This document shows positions 29,291 through 38,204 of a stretch of DNA of 64,000 nucleotides, piece by piece; the first letter of the stretch is position 1, and every line of letters begins with the position of its first letter. The notes below the pieces were generated by a model. The model saw nothing but the letters and a program-made list of their open reading frames with translations. It did not search any database and had not been told where the DNA came from. A program made the translations under genes and the position numbers. Source of the DNA: an uncultured delta proteobacterium (GTDB lineage: Bacteria; Chloroflexota; Dehalococcoidia; Dehalococcoidales; BS750m-G39); contig CAVTZP010000007.1 of the NCBI GenBank assembly GCA_963739245.1, positions 187,723 to 251,722 of the forward strand, written 5' to 3'.

Positions 29291-29854
29291 ATGGAAGTAA
29301 AGACGGTATATTTTGAAAAGCCGGGTAGTGAGAATACTGACGAGGTGCTCCGCATCGCCAAGCAGCGGGTGCAGGAACTTGGTATCAAGACAATAGTGTT
29401 AGCCTCTACCAAAGGCGATACCGCAATAAAAGCTATGGAGGCATTTCAAGGATTAAGGGTCATTGTGGTCAGCCATGTTGCTGGCCTGCGTGAACCTGAT
29501 ATCCAGGAATTCACCGAGGAGAACCGGAAGCTCGTTGAGAGTAAAGGCGGGGTAGTCCTCACCACCACCCACGCCTTTGGCGGGCTGAGCCGAGCCATGC
29601 GCGGTAAATTCAATATGTTTGTCCTGGGGGAAGTAATCGCCAATACCCTGCGCATTTTTGGCCAAGGGATGAAGGTAGCCTGTGAGATAGCAATGATGGC
29701 CGCCGACAGCGGACTGGTGCGCACCGATGAGGATGTTATCGCCATTGCCGGCAGCGGACGGGGTGCTGATACTGCCGTCGTGCTGAAGCCAGTTAATACC
29801 CACAACTTCTTTGACCTCAAAATCAGGGAGATTCTGTGCAAGCCTCACTTTTAA
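29291..29854 (+). CDS. pyruvate kinase alpha/beta (C-terminal) domain-like protein
   Basis: 187 aa. The pattern IVLASTKGDTA...VVSHVAG...AIAGSGRGADTAVV is recalled from stand-alone PK_C-like proteins. Strong GGGAGGAGG Shine-Dalgarno. Confidence 0.5.
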   Translation: MEVKTVYFEKPGSENTDEVLRIAKQRVQELGIKTIVLASTKGDTAIKAMEAFQGLRVIVVSHVAGLREPDIQEFTEENRKLVESKGGVVLTTTHAFGGLSRAMRGKFNMFVLGEVIANTLRIFGQGMKVACEIAMMAADSGLVRTDEDVIAIAGSGRGADTAVVLKPVNTHNFFDLKIREILCKPHF

Positions 29855-29984
29855 GCACCCGCTTGGGGAAGTTGTTTTCGAAGGGGCTTGTGCCCATTTG
29901 TCTCATTGCGGACACGAATAACGACACTAGGAGTTGACAAGATGGTGTAGAATATAAGTATAAAGAGGAAGGAGGCAAAGGCAG

Positions 29985-30308
29985 ATGGAATACATTATCT
30001 TTTTTGTGGTCTTTGTTATTGTCGTCCTGTGGGGAATATCCGTCTACCTATTACAAACAGGAAAACTGACAGCACAGGAGTGGCTTAAGCGGACGCTGGG
30101 GATACCCCGCGGTTCAGTGCGGGCTCTTATCGCCCTCATCATCCTCTTCTTGATTCTTTTCCCCGTCGTAGTCAACCAAAAATTGCCAGAACTCCCCACC
30201 TGGCTGGTAGGCATCCTGGGGACTGTCATCGGCTTCTACTTCGGTGCATCTACAGCAAAGAAAGAAGATGACGCGGGCGTGCAAAACACTAGCCAAGGAA
30301 AAAAATAA
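29985..30308 (+). CDS. small membrane protein (3 TM), unknown function
   Basis: 107 aa with hydrophobic helices. GGAGG Shine-Dalgarno upstream. Confidence 0.45.
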   Translation: MEYIIFFVVFVIVVLWGISVYLLQTGKLTAQEWLKRTLGIPRGSVRALIALIILFLILFPVVVNQKLPELPTWLVGILGTVIGFYFGASTAKKEDDAGVQNTSQGKK

Positions 30309-30346
30309 TTAGAGTGCTTCCGCAAATATGGGGGAGTTTATTTGTG

Positions 30347-30410
30347 ACCTCACCCCCTTAATCCCCCTCTCCTTAGGGAATTGGTGAAGGAGAGGGGGAA
30401 TTTGTTTTTT
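30347..30410 (+). repeat. solo A module of the repeat family, copy R7, with an enlarged loop
   Basis: ACCTCACCCCCTTAATCCCCCTCTCCTTAGGGAATTGGTGAAGGAGAGGGGGAATTTGTTTTTT. The 3' end of ORF 30373-31119 is translated through it (..SPSPSPIP*). Confidence 0.8.
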
Positions 30411-31050
30411 GAAGCTCCCACTCTTCTTCTACTATTTTTACAAACTCTGTATAACTAACTTCTCCCTTTATCATCTTGAGAAGCATATACTGTATAAACA
30501 CTTCTTCCGTAAATTCTAGCAATCTATCTTTCGAAAAGAGCCGCAAAATTGAACTCCAGAAATGCATCAGGGCAATTACATAAATTATGTTAACAAGATG
30601 ATAGCAAAATACTTGATATATACCTTTTGGTATAAATTTATTTTTGGTGCGACTGTATTCACCCCTTCTCGTAAGGGGGTAGCGTCTAAATATCCTTCGG
30701 GGTATAAGTATTAAACCTAGATATAATATATCCCCAAAGTTGTAATCATATTTTGGTATCATATCTACCATATTAAGGACAACGTGTTCTCCAAGTTCTT
30801 TCGCGTTTGGCTGATTCACCCGAAAAACTTCTACTTCCTTTCCCTTATATACCGAAAAAGGTCTTATTAGAATTCCCTTTGCCAGCATTTCAATGACCAT
30901 ATATTCCCCGCTACTAAGACGGCAACAAATCATAGCTGTATGGCTATAATCATAATCGGTAGCCCAGCGAATCAGCCTGGATATCACTCCCGTGCCTTGG
31001 ACATTGACAATGTCACCAGCTTGCAACTTAGCTGCCGCTTTATTGGTCAA
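30373..31050 (-). CDS. YiiX/YaeF-like permuted papain-fold protein (start uncertain)
   Basis: AT-rich. GDIVNVQGTGVISRLIRWATDYDYSHTAMI (His region) is followed later by ..YQVFCYHLV (Cys region), as in DUF830-type proteins. The track ORF start at 31119 overlaps mutS, so TTG at 31050 is proposed instead. Confidence 0.45.
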   Translation of the reverse strand: MTNKAAAKLQAGDIVNVQGTGVISRLIRWATDYDYSHTAMICCRLSSGEYMVIEMLAKGILIRPFSVYKGKEVEVFRVNQPNAKELGEHVVLNMVDMIPKYDYNFGDILYLGLILIPRRIFRRYPLTRRGEYSRTKNKFIPKGIYQVFCYHLVNIIYVIALMHFWSSILRLFSKDRLLEFTEEVFIQYMLLKMIKGEVSYTEFVKIVEEEWELQKTNSPSPSPIP

Positions 31051-31066
31051 ATTAATGCGTCTAATC

Positions 31067-33631
31067 CTACCCCTCCCTCGCCTTCTTTTGCAGTTCGTAG
31101 AGCTTGGTGATGGCTTCAAGCGGAGTCAGGGAGTCAATGTCCAGCTTCTCAAGTTCCTCCCAAAGCGGTGATTTTTGCCCTAAAAGAGACAACTGCTCGG
31201 GCGCAGCCTCTTTAGCCCGGCGCTGACCTTTTGATAAGCGCCTAGCGGTGCGGCTGTCCCCCTCCAGCTCCTCTAAAACCTCACGGGCACGGTGCACCAC
31301 CGACTTGGGCAGACCGGCGAGCTTGGCGACATGGATGCCGTAGCTCTTGTCAACGCCACCGGGCACAATCTTGTAGAGAAAGGTAACCTCCCCTCCCTCC
31401 TCGCTCACGGCAACATTGAAGTTCTTTACCCGGGGCAGGAAGCTGGCTAGCTCCACCAGCTCGTGGTAATGGGTGGCAAACAGGGTCTTGGCGCCAAGCC
31501 GGGGATAGCTGTGGATATACTCGGCGACGGCGCGAGCGATGGAAAGCCCGTCATAGGTGCTGGTGCCCCGCCCAATCTCGTCTAAAATAATCAGGGAGCG
31601 GGGGGTGGCATTGTTCAGGATATTGGCCGTCTCCACCATCTCCACCATAAACGTGGACTGACCGGCAGGCAGGTCTTCCCGAGCGCCAATGCGGGTAAAG
31701 ATGCGGTCAACGATGCCGATAGTTACCGATTCTGCGGGGACAAAGCTGCCAATCTGAGCCAGCAGCACAATCAGGGCTACCTGCCTCAGATAGGTTGACT
31801 TGCCCGACATATTGGGGCCGGTAAGGACGATAAGCTGGGCATCACCGTTTGACAGGTAAACATCGTTGGGGACAAAGCTGCCTTCAGGCAGGCTCCTCTC
31901 CACCACCGGGTGGCGCCCCTCGGAGATGACTATCTCGCTATCTGTGGTCAGTCTGGGGCGGACATAGTTATAGCGCACGGCGACCTCAGCCAGACTGGAG
32001 AAAACATCTATATTAGCCAGGGCATTGGCTGAAGCCGAAATGCGCTCGCTCTCCGCCCCTACCTGGTGACACACCTGACGAAATATTTGCCCCTCAAGCT
32101 CGGCAATCCTGTCCTCGGCATTCAAAATCAGCGACTCGTACTCCTTCAGCTCCGGGGTAAAGAAGCGCTCGCCCCCGACCAGCGTCTGCTTCCGGATATA
32201 GTCCTGAGGCACCTGGGGCAGATGGGGCCTGGACACCTCGATATAGTAGCCAAAGACTTTATTAAACCCGACTTTAAGCGACTTGATTCCAGTTTTTTCT
32301 CTCTCCTTGCGCTCAAGGTCAGCCAGATACTGCTTGGCATTCTTCGATGCCTGGCGCAGGCTGTCCAGCTCCTCAACAAAACCTTCCCTTATCACCCCAC
32401 CCTCATCTGGCGGCTCAGCTATCGCCCGGGAAATCAGGTCAACCACCTCCGGGCAGGGCTTTAGCTCATCCTTGAGCCAATCTATTAGCTCAAGCGTCTG
32501 CCTGAGCTTTGGTATCACCTCCAGGCTTCGGCGCAGGGCAACCAGCTCACGCGGGGCGGCGATACTGCCCTTTATCCGGTTAATCAACCGCTCCAGGTCA
32601 GCCACCTCGCCGAGCCGGGATATGGTCTGACTGCGAGCCAGGGTGTCATCATAAAACCAGCCGATGGCATCCTGCCTCCGGTTTAGCTCGGCAATATCAA
32701 GCAAAGGCTGACCCAGCCACCGCTTCAATAGCCTGCCCCCCATTGCCGTTCTGGTCAGGTCAATAATAGATAAAAGCGAGCCGCCAACACTCCCCGAGCG
32801 GCTGCTGGAGAAAAGCTCAAGGTTTCTCTGGGTCTGCTCGTCCAGCGCCATAAAGGAATCAGTGGAATAAGTAGAGAGGCGGGTTAACTGTCCCAGAACT
32901 CCTTTTTGCGTTTCCTGAATATAGTGAATAATAGCGCCGGCGGCACTTACTGCCAGGGGCAGATGACCACAACCAAAGCCGTCAAGGGTAGCCACGCCGA
33001 AGTGGTCAAGCAGAGTCTTCTGGGCAGCCTCAAGCTCAAAACAGTAGTCGTCAAGGCGGGTCACCGGAGCACTTAGCTTGACTAGTGATAAATCGCCACC
33101 CTTGGCGGCGATAACCTCCGAGGGCTTAAGCCGCTCCAGCTCAGGGACAGCCCGATGAAATGGAAGCTGGGTGGTAGCAAACTCGCTGGTGGTTATGTCA
33201 ACATAGGCCAGCCCCACCTCATCCTCACCCAGGACCAAGCTGACCAGATAGTTATTGCTCTTGCTATCAAGGAGGCTGGGCTCAACCACGGTGCCCGGTG
33301 TTACCAGGCGAATGACCTCGCGCTGGACTAAACCCTTTGTCTCGCCAGGCTTGGTCATTTGCTCACAGATAGCCACCTTATAGCCACGGTTAATCAGCCG
33401 AGCCAGATAGTTGTCAAGGGCGTGGTAGGGGATGCCCGCCATCGGCACCCGCTGCCCCTTCCCCATCTCCCTAGAGGTCAGGACAATCTCCAGCTCCCGC
33501 GAGGTGACACGAGCATCATCGTCGAAGGTCTCATAGAAATCCCCGAGGCGAAACAGGACAATCGCCTGCGGATACTTCTTTTTAATTCTGAGATATTGCT
33601 GGCGGATGGGGGTTACATCCTCTTTTGCCAC
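31067..33631 (-). CDS. mutS: DNA mismatch repair protein MutS
   Basis: 854 aa. N-terminal TPIRQQYLRIK...FYETF, Walker A GPNMSGKST, and DEIGRGTSTYDG. Confidence 0.95.
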   Translation of the reverse strand: MAKEDVTPIRQQYLRIKKKYPQAIVLFRLGDFYETFDDDARVTSRELEIVLTSREMGKGQRVPMAGIPYHALDNYLARLINRGYKVAICEQMTKPGETKGLVQREVIRLVTPGTVVEPSLLDSKSNNYLVSLVLGEDEVGLAYVDITTSEFATTQLPFHRAVPELERLKPSEVIAAKGGDLSLVKLSAPVTRLDDYCFELEAAQKTLLDHFGVATLDGFGCGHLPLAVSAAGAIIHYIQETQKGVLGQLTRLSTYSTDSFMALDEQTQRNLELFSSSRSGSVGGSLLSIIDLTRTAMGGRLLKRWLGQPLLDIAELNRRQDAIGWFYDDTLARSQTISRLGEVADLERLINRIKGSIAAPRELVALRRSLEVIPKLRQTLELIDWLKDELKPCPEVVDLISRAIAEPPDEGGVIREGFVEELDSLRQASKNAKQYLADLERKEREKTGIKSLKVGFNKVFGYYIEVSRPHLPQVPQDYIRKQTLVGGERFFTPELKEYESLILNAEDRIAELEGQIFRQVCHQVGAESERISASANALANIDVFSSLAEVAVRYNYVRPRLTTDSEIVISEGRHPVVERSLPEGSFVPNDVYLSNGDAQLIVLTGPNMSGKSTYLRQVALIVLLAQIGSFVPAESVTIGIVDRIFTRIGAREDLPAGQSTFMVEMVETANILNNATPRSLIILDEIGRGTSTYDGLSIARAVAEYIHSYPRLGAKTLFATHYHELVELASFLPRVKNFNVAVSEEGGEVTFLYKIVPGGVDKSYGIHVAKLAGLPKSVVHRAREVLEELEGDSRTARRLSKGQRRAKEAAPEQLSLLGQKSPLWEELEKLDIDSLTPLEAITKLYELQKKAREG

Positions 33632-33703
33632 AAGCCTATTCTACTAGAATTTTTGGCTAAAAAGAAGGGGACTTATGAAGTTATTTAAGAGCTAAGCTCC
33701 TAT

Positions 33704-34594
33704 CTATATAAGTTCCTTTTTCTTGAAGTAGTGGATATACCCGCTGACGTTGCTCAACAGCTCATACTCGTCCAGGGGAGTACCGAGGTGGTCGCGGAGG
33801 TAGTCCCCAACATGGCCGATTATCGCCTCATCGCTCTCCCCCACCCTCAAATCGCGCAGAATGAAATCGCCGACCAGCCTGGTGTTTTCCATAGCGGCAG
33901 AAATAAGCTTCTCCGGCTCGCCAGCGACACTGCCATGAGAGTAGAAAAGAAGCTTGGGCTTTAGCGCCCTCAGCCGTTCCATATCATTGAGATACAGTTC
34001 CATGTCAAAGCTCGGCGGCGCCACCGCCGGCAGGGGAGGATAGCCGGGGCCATAGATGAGACCGAGCGCCTCGCCGCAAAAAAGCCCCCTCGTCTTGGTA
34101 TCAAAGATAGATATATGGTGAGGGGCATGGCCGGGGGTATAGATAATGACAAGCTCACGGCTGCCCACCACAAGCCGCTCCCCGTCCTCCACCACCTTGA
34201 GTCGTGATTCGGGCACGGGCAGAATGGGGCCATAGGTAGCCTCAAAGTTATCGCCAAAGGCCATGCGGGTGCTCTTAATCAGCCGCGATGGGTCAACTAT
34301 ATGCCTTACACCATGCTGATTGACCACTATCATGGCGCCGGGAAAGACCTGAGCCAGCTTTCCCACCCCGCCGGCGTGGTCGAGGTGAATATGGGTGGGG
34401 ATAATATACCCCGGCTTAGACAGCCCCAGCTCCGCTACCGCCTCCTGGATTTTCGGAATAAGCACCGCCGGACCCGGCTCCAGTATAGCGCCATCACCGT
34501 CCTTGATAAAGTAAACGGCGAAGACGGCGTTTGCCCCGGGAATTATTTCTCCCAAGCGGTAGATATCTTCAGCAACCTGCTCTAGTTTAGCCAC
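33704..34594 (-). CDS. MBL-fold metallo-hydrolase
   Basis: 296 aa. HIHLDHAGG (HxHxDH) and a later TPGHAPHH motif. Confidence 0.8.
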   Translation of the reverse strand: MAKLEQVAEDIYRLGEIIPGANAVFAVYFIKDGDGAILEPGPAVLIPKIQEAVAELGLSKPGYIIPTHIHLDHAGGVGKLAQVFPGAMIVVNQHGVRHIVDPSRLIKSTRMAFGDNFEATYGPILPVPESRLKVVEDGERLVVGSRELVIIYTPGHAPHHISIFDTKTRGLFCGEALGLIYGPGYPPLPAVAPPSFDMELYLNDMERLRALKPKLLFYSHGSVAGEPEKLISAAMENTRLVGDFILRDLRVGESDEAIIGHVGDYLRDHLGTPLDEYELLSNVSGYIHYFKKKELI

Positions 34595-34648
34595 AATTAA
34601 CGTTAATTTTACTAAAAACTCCGCCCAAAAGAAAGGGAGCTTTTATCT

Positions 34649-34729
34649 ACCTCACCCCCTGACCCCCTCTCCTTCAAAGGAGAGGGGGAAGAAAATTAAA
34701 AAGAGGGACTAAAGCCCCTCTTAGACACC
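34649..34729 (+). repeat. bipartite palindromic repeat, copy R8 (A-B orientation)
   Basis: ACCTCACCCCCTGACCCCCTCTCCTTCAAAGGAGAGGGGGAAGAAAATTAAAAAGAGGGACTAAAGCCCCTCTTAGACACC. Lies 29 nt from the stop of the nuclease-like gene. Confidence 0.9.
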
Positions 34730-34758
34730 CCTGATAAATAATGTGTATAGTGGGGGAT

Positions 34759-35679
34759 TCAATTTCCTACCATGTGAAGCTTCGCGAAAAATTTAACGAT
34801 ATGCTCCGAATTAACAACAAATATTGACCTCTTGTGATATTCCTCAAGCTCCACAGGGCTAATTCCTTCTACATATTCATCTAAACGCTCGGGTGATATA
34901 CTTCTGCTTGCACCATAATCCACTAATAGCCACTCCACTTTCTCAGGCTTTTGCCCACGAGGTCCAAAATCAATCTTATCCCGATTAATTCTACCGGATG
35001 CCAAGTCCACATCTTTCAAATCATACGTGGCAACATATAGAGGTGCGGTGGTTATAACCACTGGGATGAACAACATAGAAAATTTTTGAGGCTCTTCTTC
35101 TGACTCTTTTCCTAGCTCTTTTTCTAATTGGAGCTCCAGCTCTTGCGCCACTCCCGAAACACCAATACAAGCTTGGATAAATGCATCCTCAATAGGGTTT
35201 GGAGAAGCGTATCTCTTGTTTCCTCTTTTGCCGATTTCTAACCACCAATTGTCTATCAAGTATGTTGCTACGTCATCAAATGGCAGTTTTAGCTGATCGT
35301 AATGAGCACAAGGCATTAAAATATCGACCGGCTGGGTTTGTTCAGCTCGTAATCTTATAAGAAGCGGCTGACTATATGTACCCAAAGGGTTGCCAAATAG
35401 CCAATACCCCCGAGTGGGGTCAACTCTTTTACACTCGACAACCGCATATATTTGATGGGAACCACCTGACTCATCCCGTAAGATTATATCAACACGTGAA
35501 TCTCTGTCTTTTATTGAAACTGGATACTCCGTCGTATGTACTCGCCATTCAGTTCTGTGAGCATTATGCTGAAGGACTTCGGCGCATTTCTCCTGAAATA
35601 TGAAACCATGCTCAATGAGTCCATCAAATAATATCTGTTCCAAGTTTTCATCTGGATTATTTGCGTCAGAATTGCTCAT
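34759..35679 (-). CDS. orphan PD-(D/E)XK nuclease-like protein with an uncharacterised C-terminal ~200 aa
   Basis: 306 aa, AT-rich. The N-terminal helix FQEKCAEVL, then SRVDIILRD and IYAVVECKR, give an E...D...ExK arrangement typical of restriction-endonuclease-fold enzymes. No methyltransferase is adjacent. Confidence 0.45.
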   Translation of the reverse strand: MSNSDANNPDENLEQILFDGLIEHGFIFQEKCAEVLQHNAHRTEWRVHTTEYPVSIKDRDSRVDIILRDESGGSHQIYAVVECKRVDPTRGYWLFGNPLGTYSQPLLIRLRAEQTQPVDILMPCAHYDQLKLPFDDVATYLIDNWWLEIGKRGNKRYASPNPIEDAFIQACIGVSGVAQELELQLEKELGKESEEEPQKFSMLFIPVVITTAPLYVATYDLKDVDLASGRINRDKIDFGPRGQKPEKVEWLLVDYGASRSISPERLDEYVEGISPVELEEYHKRSIFVVNSEHIVKFFAKLHMVGN

Positions 35680-35696
35680 CTTTACCTCCCTCTTAT

Positions 35697-37094
35697 CTAC
35701 CCCCTCAAAAACTTATCAATATCGGCGGCGGCGAGCTTGCCCGCCCCCATGGCAGAAATCACCGTAGCCGCGCCGGTAACTATATCACCACCAGCCCAGA
35801 CCTTATCTTTTTTTGTCTTACCGGTAGCCTCATCAGCCACCACCGTCCCCCGCTTGCTTGTCTCCAGACCCGGCGTGGTTGAGGCAACGAGGGGGTTGGG
35901 GGTGGTGCCTAAAGCCACTATCACCACATCAACGTCAAGAACAAACTCGCTCCCCTCTTTAACCACCGGCCGGCGCCGGCCACTCTCATCCGGCTCACCC
36001 AGCTCCATCTCATAGCACTCCATGCCCACCAGCCAGTTCTGCTCGTTGCCCAGAAACTTTTTGGGATTGGTCAAGAGCTTAAACTGGATGCCTTCTTCCT
36101 GGGCATTCTCCAACTCCTCGCGGCGGGCGGGCATCTCCGCCTCGGAACGACGATAAACAATATAAACTACGTCGGCGCCAAGCCTGAGGGCGCACCGGGC
36201 TGAATCCATGGCCACATTGCCGCCGCCAATTACCGCTACCCTCTTGCCCAGCTTTACCGGCGTGTCATACTCGGGAAATCTATACGCCTTCATCAGATTG
36301 ACCCGGGTCAAAAATTCATTCGCCGAATAGATGCCGTTGAGGTTCTCGCCGGGGATGTTCATAAACATGGGCAGTCCCGCGCCGGTGCCGAGGAAAACAG
36401 CATGATAGCCATTACCGAGTACCTCGTCTATGGTAACGAGCTTGCCGACCACCGAGTCCAGTTCAATCTTCACCCCCAGAGAAGCGACATATTCAACCTC
36501 AGCCTGGACAATCTCTTTAGGCAGCCGGAACTGCGGGATGCCATACATCAGCACCCCGCCGGCGACATGCAATGCCTCAAAGATGGTGACGCCATGCCCC
36601 AGCTTAGCCAGGTCAGCCGCTGCCGTTAGTCCCGCCGGTCCCGAGCCGACCACCGCTACCTTTTTACCGCTAGGCGTTGGCTTGGGCGAGGGCGAGCTTG
36701 CCTTCGGCATATTAGCCCGCTCCCAGTCGGCGACAAACCGCTCCAGACGGCCGATGGCAATCGGGGCTCCCTTCTTCGCCAGCGAGCAGGTAGACTCACA
36801 CTGGGTCTCCTGGGGACAGACCCGCCCGCAGATGCCGGGCAGGGCATTCTTACTCTTTAGCATTCTCACTGCTTCAGGCATATCACCGTCGCGGAGAGCC
36901 TTGATAAAATCAGGAATATCCACCCCTACCGGGCAGCCCTCAACACAATTACGCTTGGGGCACTGAATACAGCGGCTCGCCTCCTCTTTAGCCTGCTCTA
37001 AACTGTAACCCAGAGCCACCTCATTGAAATTTTTACCCCGCACTTTAGGGTCTTGCCTGGGCATTTCCACTCGATTAAGATTTAGCTTTGCCAT
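35697..37094 (-). CDS. nfnB: NADPH-dependent glutamate-synthase-small-subunit-like oxidoreductase (NfnB/SudA type)
   Basis: Two [4Fe-4S]-type Cys clusters (CIQCPKRNCVEGCP; CGRVCPQETQCESTC) and two dinucleotide folds (VAVVGSGPAGL; VAVIGGGNVAMD). I place the start at ATG 37094 (MAKLNLNR...). The track's longer ORF overlaps nfnA. Confidence 0.8.
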   Translation of the reverse strand: MAKLNLNRVEMPRQDPKVRGKNFNEVALGYSLEQAKEEASRCIQCPKRNCVEGCPVGVDIPDFIKALRDGDMPEAVRMLKSKNALPGICGRVCPQETQCESTCSLAKKGAPIAIGRLERFVADWERANMPKASSPSPKPTPSGKKVAVVGSGPAGLTAAADLAKLGHGVTIFEALHVAGGVLMYGIPQFRLPKEIVQAEVEYVASLGVKIELDSVVGKLVTIDEVLGNGYHAVFLGTGAGLPMFMNIPGENLNGIYSANEFLTRVNLMKAYRFPEYDTPVKLGKRVAVIGGGNVAMDSARCALRLGADVVYIVYRRSEAEMPARREELENAQEEGIQFKLLTNPKKFLGNEQNWLVGMECYEMELGEPDESGRRRPVVKEGSEFVLDVDVVIVALGTTPNPLVASTTPGLETSKRGTVVADEATGKTKKDKVWAGGDIVTGAATVISAMGAGKLAAADIDKFLRG

Positions 37095-37095
37095 A

Positions 37096-37935
37096 TCATC
37101 GCACCTCAGAGTGAGCTTTCTGCCACTGCTCAAAAGAGCATTTCTCTTCACCAAGATAAATACGCTGACGGGCAAGGAGCAAATCCCAGTCCACCTGATG
37201 CCCGTCAAAATCGGGGCCATCAACACAGGCAAACTTGGTCTCCCCGCCAACCCCGACCCGGCAGCAGCCGCACATTCCAGTGCCATCAACCATTATCGGG
37301 TTCAGGCTAACGATGGTCTTAACGCCAAAGGGCTGGGTGGTCTTGGCGCAGAACTTCATCATAACCACCGGACCGATAGCAATGACCAGGTCAATCTTTT
37401 CACCGCCTTCAAGCAGCTCCTTCAGTGGCTCGGTTACCACCCCTTTTCGCCCGTAAGAGCCATCATCAGTAGTCACTATCAGCTGGTCGCTGACGCTGCG
37501 CAGCCTGTCCTCCCAGAAGAGCAGGTCTTTGCTCCGCGCCCCCAGGATTGAGATAATCTTATTGCCGGCCTGTTTCAATGCCCGGGCGATAGGGGCGATG
37601 GGGGCGGCGCCAACCCCTCCTGCCACGCAAACTACAGTGCCAAATTTCTCAATATGGGCCGGCAGACCAAGCGGGCCGACAAAATCAGCGATAGAGTCAC
37701 CAGCCTTCAGCAGGGCTAGCCTCGCTGTTGTTGTCCCCACCTCCATAAAGACGATGGTGAGGCTACCCTCATCCCGGTCCCAGTCAGCGATGGTCAGGGG
37801 AATACGCTCGCCCTTTTCGTCAATCCTGACCACGACAAACTGCCCGGGCTGAGCCTTCTTTGCTACCGCCGGCGCCGCAACCTTGAAAAGATGGATATTC
37901 GGCACCAGGTCCTCTCTCAACAATATCTTATACAA
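37096..37935 (-). CDS. nfnA: ferredoxin-NADP reductase-like / PyrK-like FAD, [2Fe-2S] subunit (NfnA/SudB type)
   Basis: 279 aa. FNR-like barrel (QPGQFVVVR; RIPLTIADWD), NAD fold CVAGGVGAAP, and the C-terminal Cys cluster GTGMCGCCRV...CVDGP. TTG start preceded by GGGGGTGAG. Confidence 0.8.
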   Translation of the reverse strand: MYKILLREDLVPNIHLFKVAAPAVAKKAQPGQFVVVRIDEKGERIPLTIADWDRDEGSLTIVFMEVGTTTARLALLKAGDSIADFVGPLGLPAHIEKFGTVVCVAGGVGAAPIAPIARALKQAGNKIISILGARSKDLLFWEDRLRSVSDQLIVTTDDGSYGRKGVVTEPLKELLEGGEKIDLVIAIGPVVMMKFCAKTTQPFGVKTIVSLNPIMVDGTGMCGCCRVGVGGETKFACVDGPDFDGHQVDWDLLLARQRIYLGEEKCSFEQWQKAHSEVR

Positions 37936-37976
37936 CTACTCTCACCCCCAATCTAAAATCATCCGTTAGGCACGCT

Positions 37977-38017
37977 AAAAAGGGCTACTCCGGAATTACC
38001 CTCTCCGGAGATAGCCC
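37977..38017 (-). terminator. intrinsic terminator-like hairpin plus U5 tract in the nfnAB upstream region
   Basis: On the minus strand: GGGCTA-T-CTCCGGA gagggtaat TCCGGAG TAGCCC, followed by TTTTT. That is 13 bp with one bulge. The T tract ends 41 nt before the nfnA start. No minus-strand gene lies upstream of it. Confidence 0.55.
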
Positions 38018-38068
38018 AGTCCCTCTTAATCTACAGAGGTTGCCCATGTATGTTCAATCCATCGAAAT

Positions 38069-38097
38069 AGAATATCACCAAATGTTATATAATTCAA
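38069..38097 (-). promoter_or_regulatory. candidate promoter reading towards the terminator and nfnAB
   Basis: On the minus strand: -35 TTGAAT (38092-38097), 17-nt spacer, extended -10 TGaTATTCT (-10 hexamer at 38069-38074). Confidence 0.35.
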
Positions 38098-38119
38098 GTC
38101 ACTTTAGCCCAAAAACCCA

Positions 38120-38148
38120 TTGCCTAATCATCATTAAAGGTATATGAT
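38120..38148 (+). promoter_or_regulatory. candidate sigma70-like promoter for remA-gmk
   Basis: -35 TTGCCT (38120-38125), 17-nt spacer, -10 TATGAT (38143-38148). Confidence 0.4.
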
Positions 38149-38204
38149 AATAAGCACCGCGACTCGAAGAGTCATTCAGCCGAAGGACTAAAAGAGGTGT
38201 AATA

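Noticed and set aside
37095-37289. 65-codon N-terminal extension of nfnB overlapping nfnA
   Set aside because: The extension lies entirely inside the nfnA coding region in another frame. The ATG at 37094 (MAKLNLNR) directly follows the nfnA stop. Similar over-extensions were trimmed for rpmF, yceD, fabD, gmk, trkA-N and mfd.
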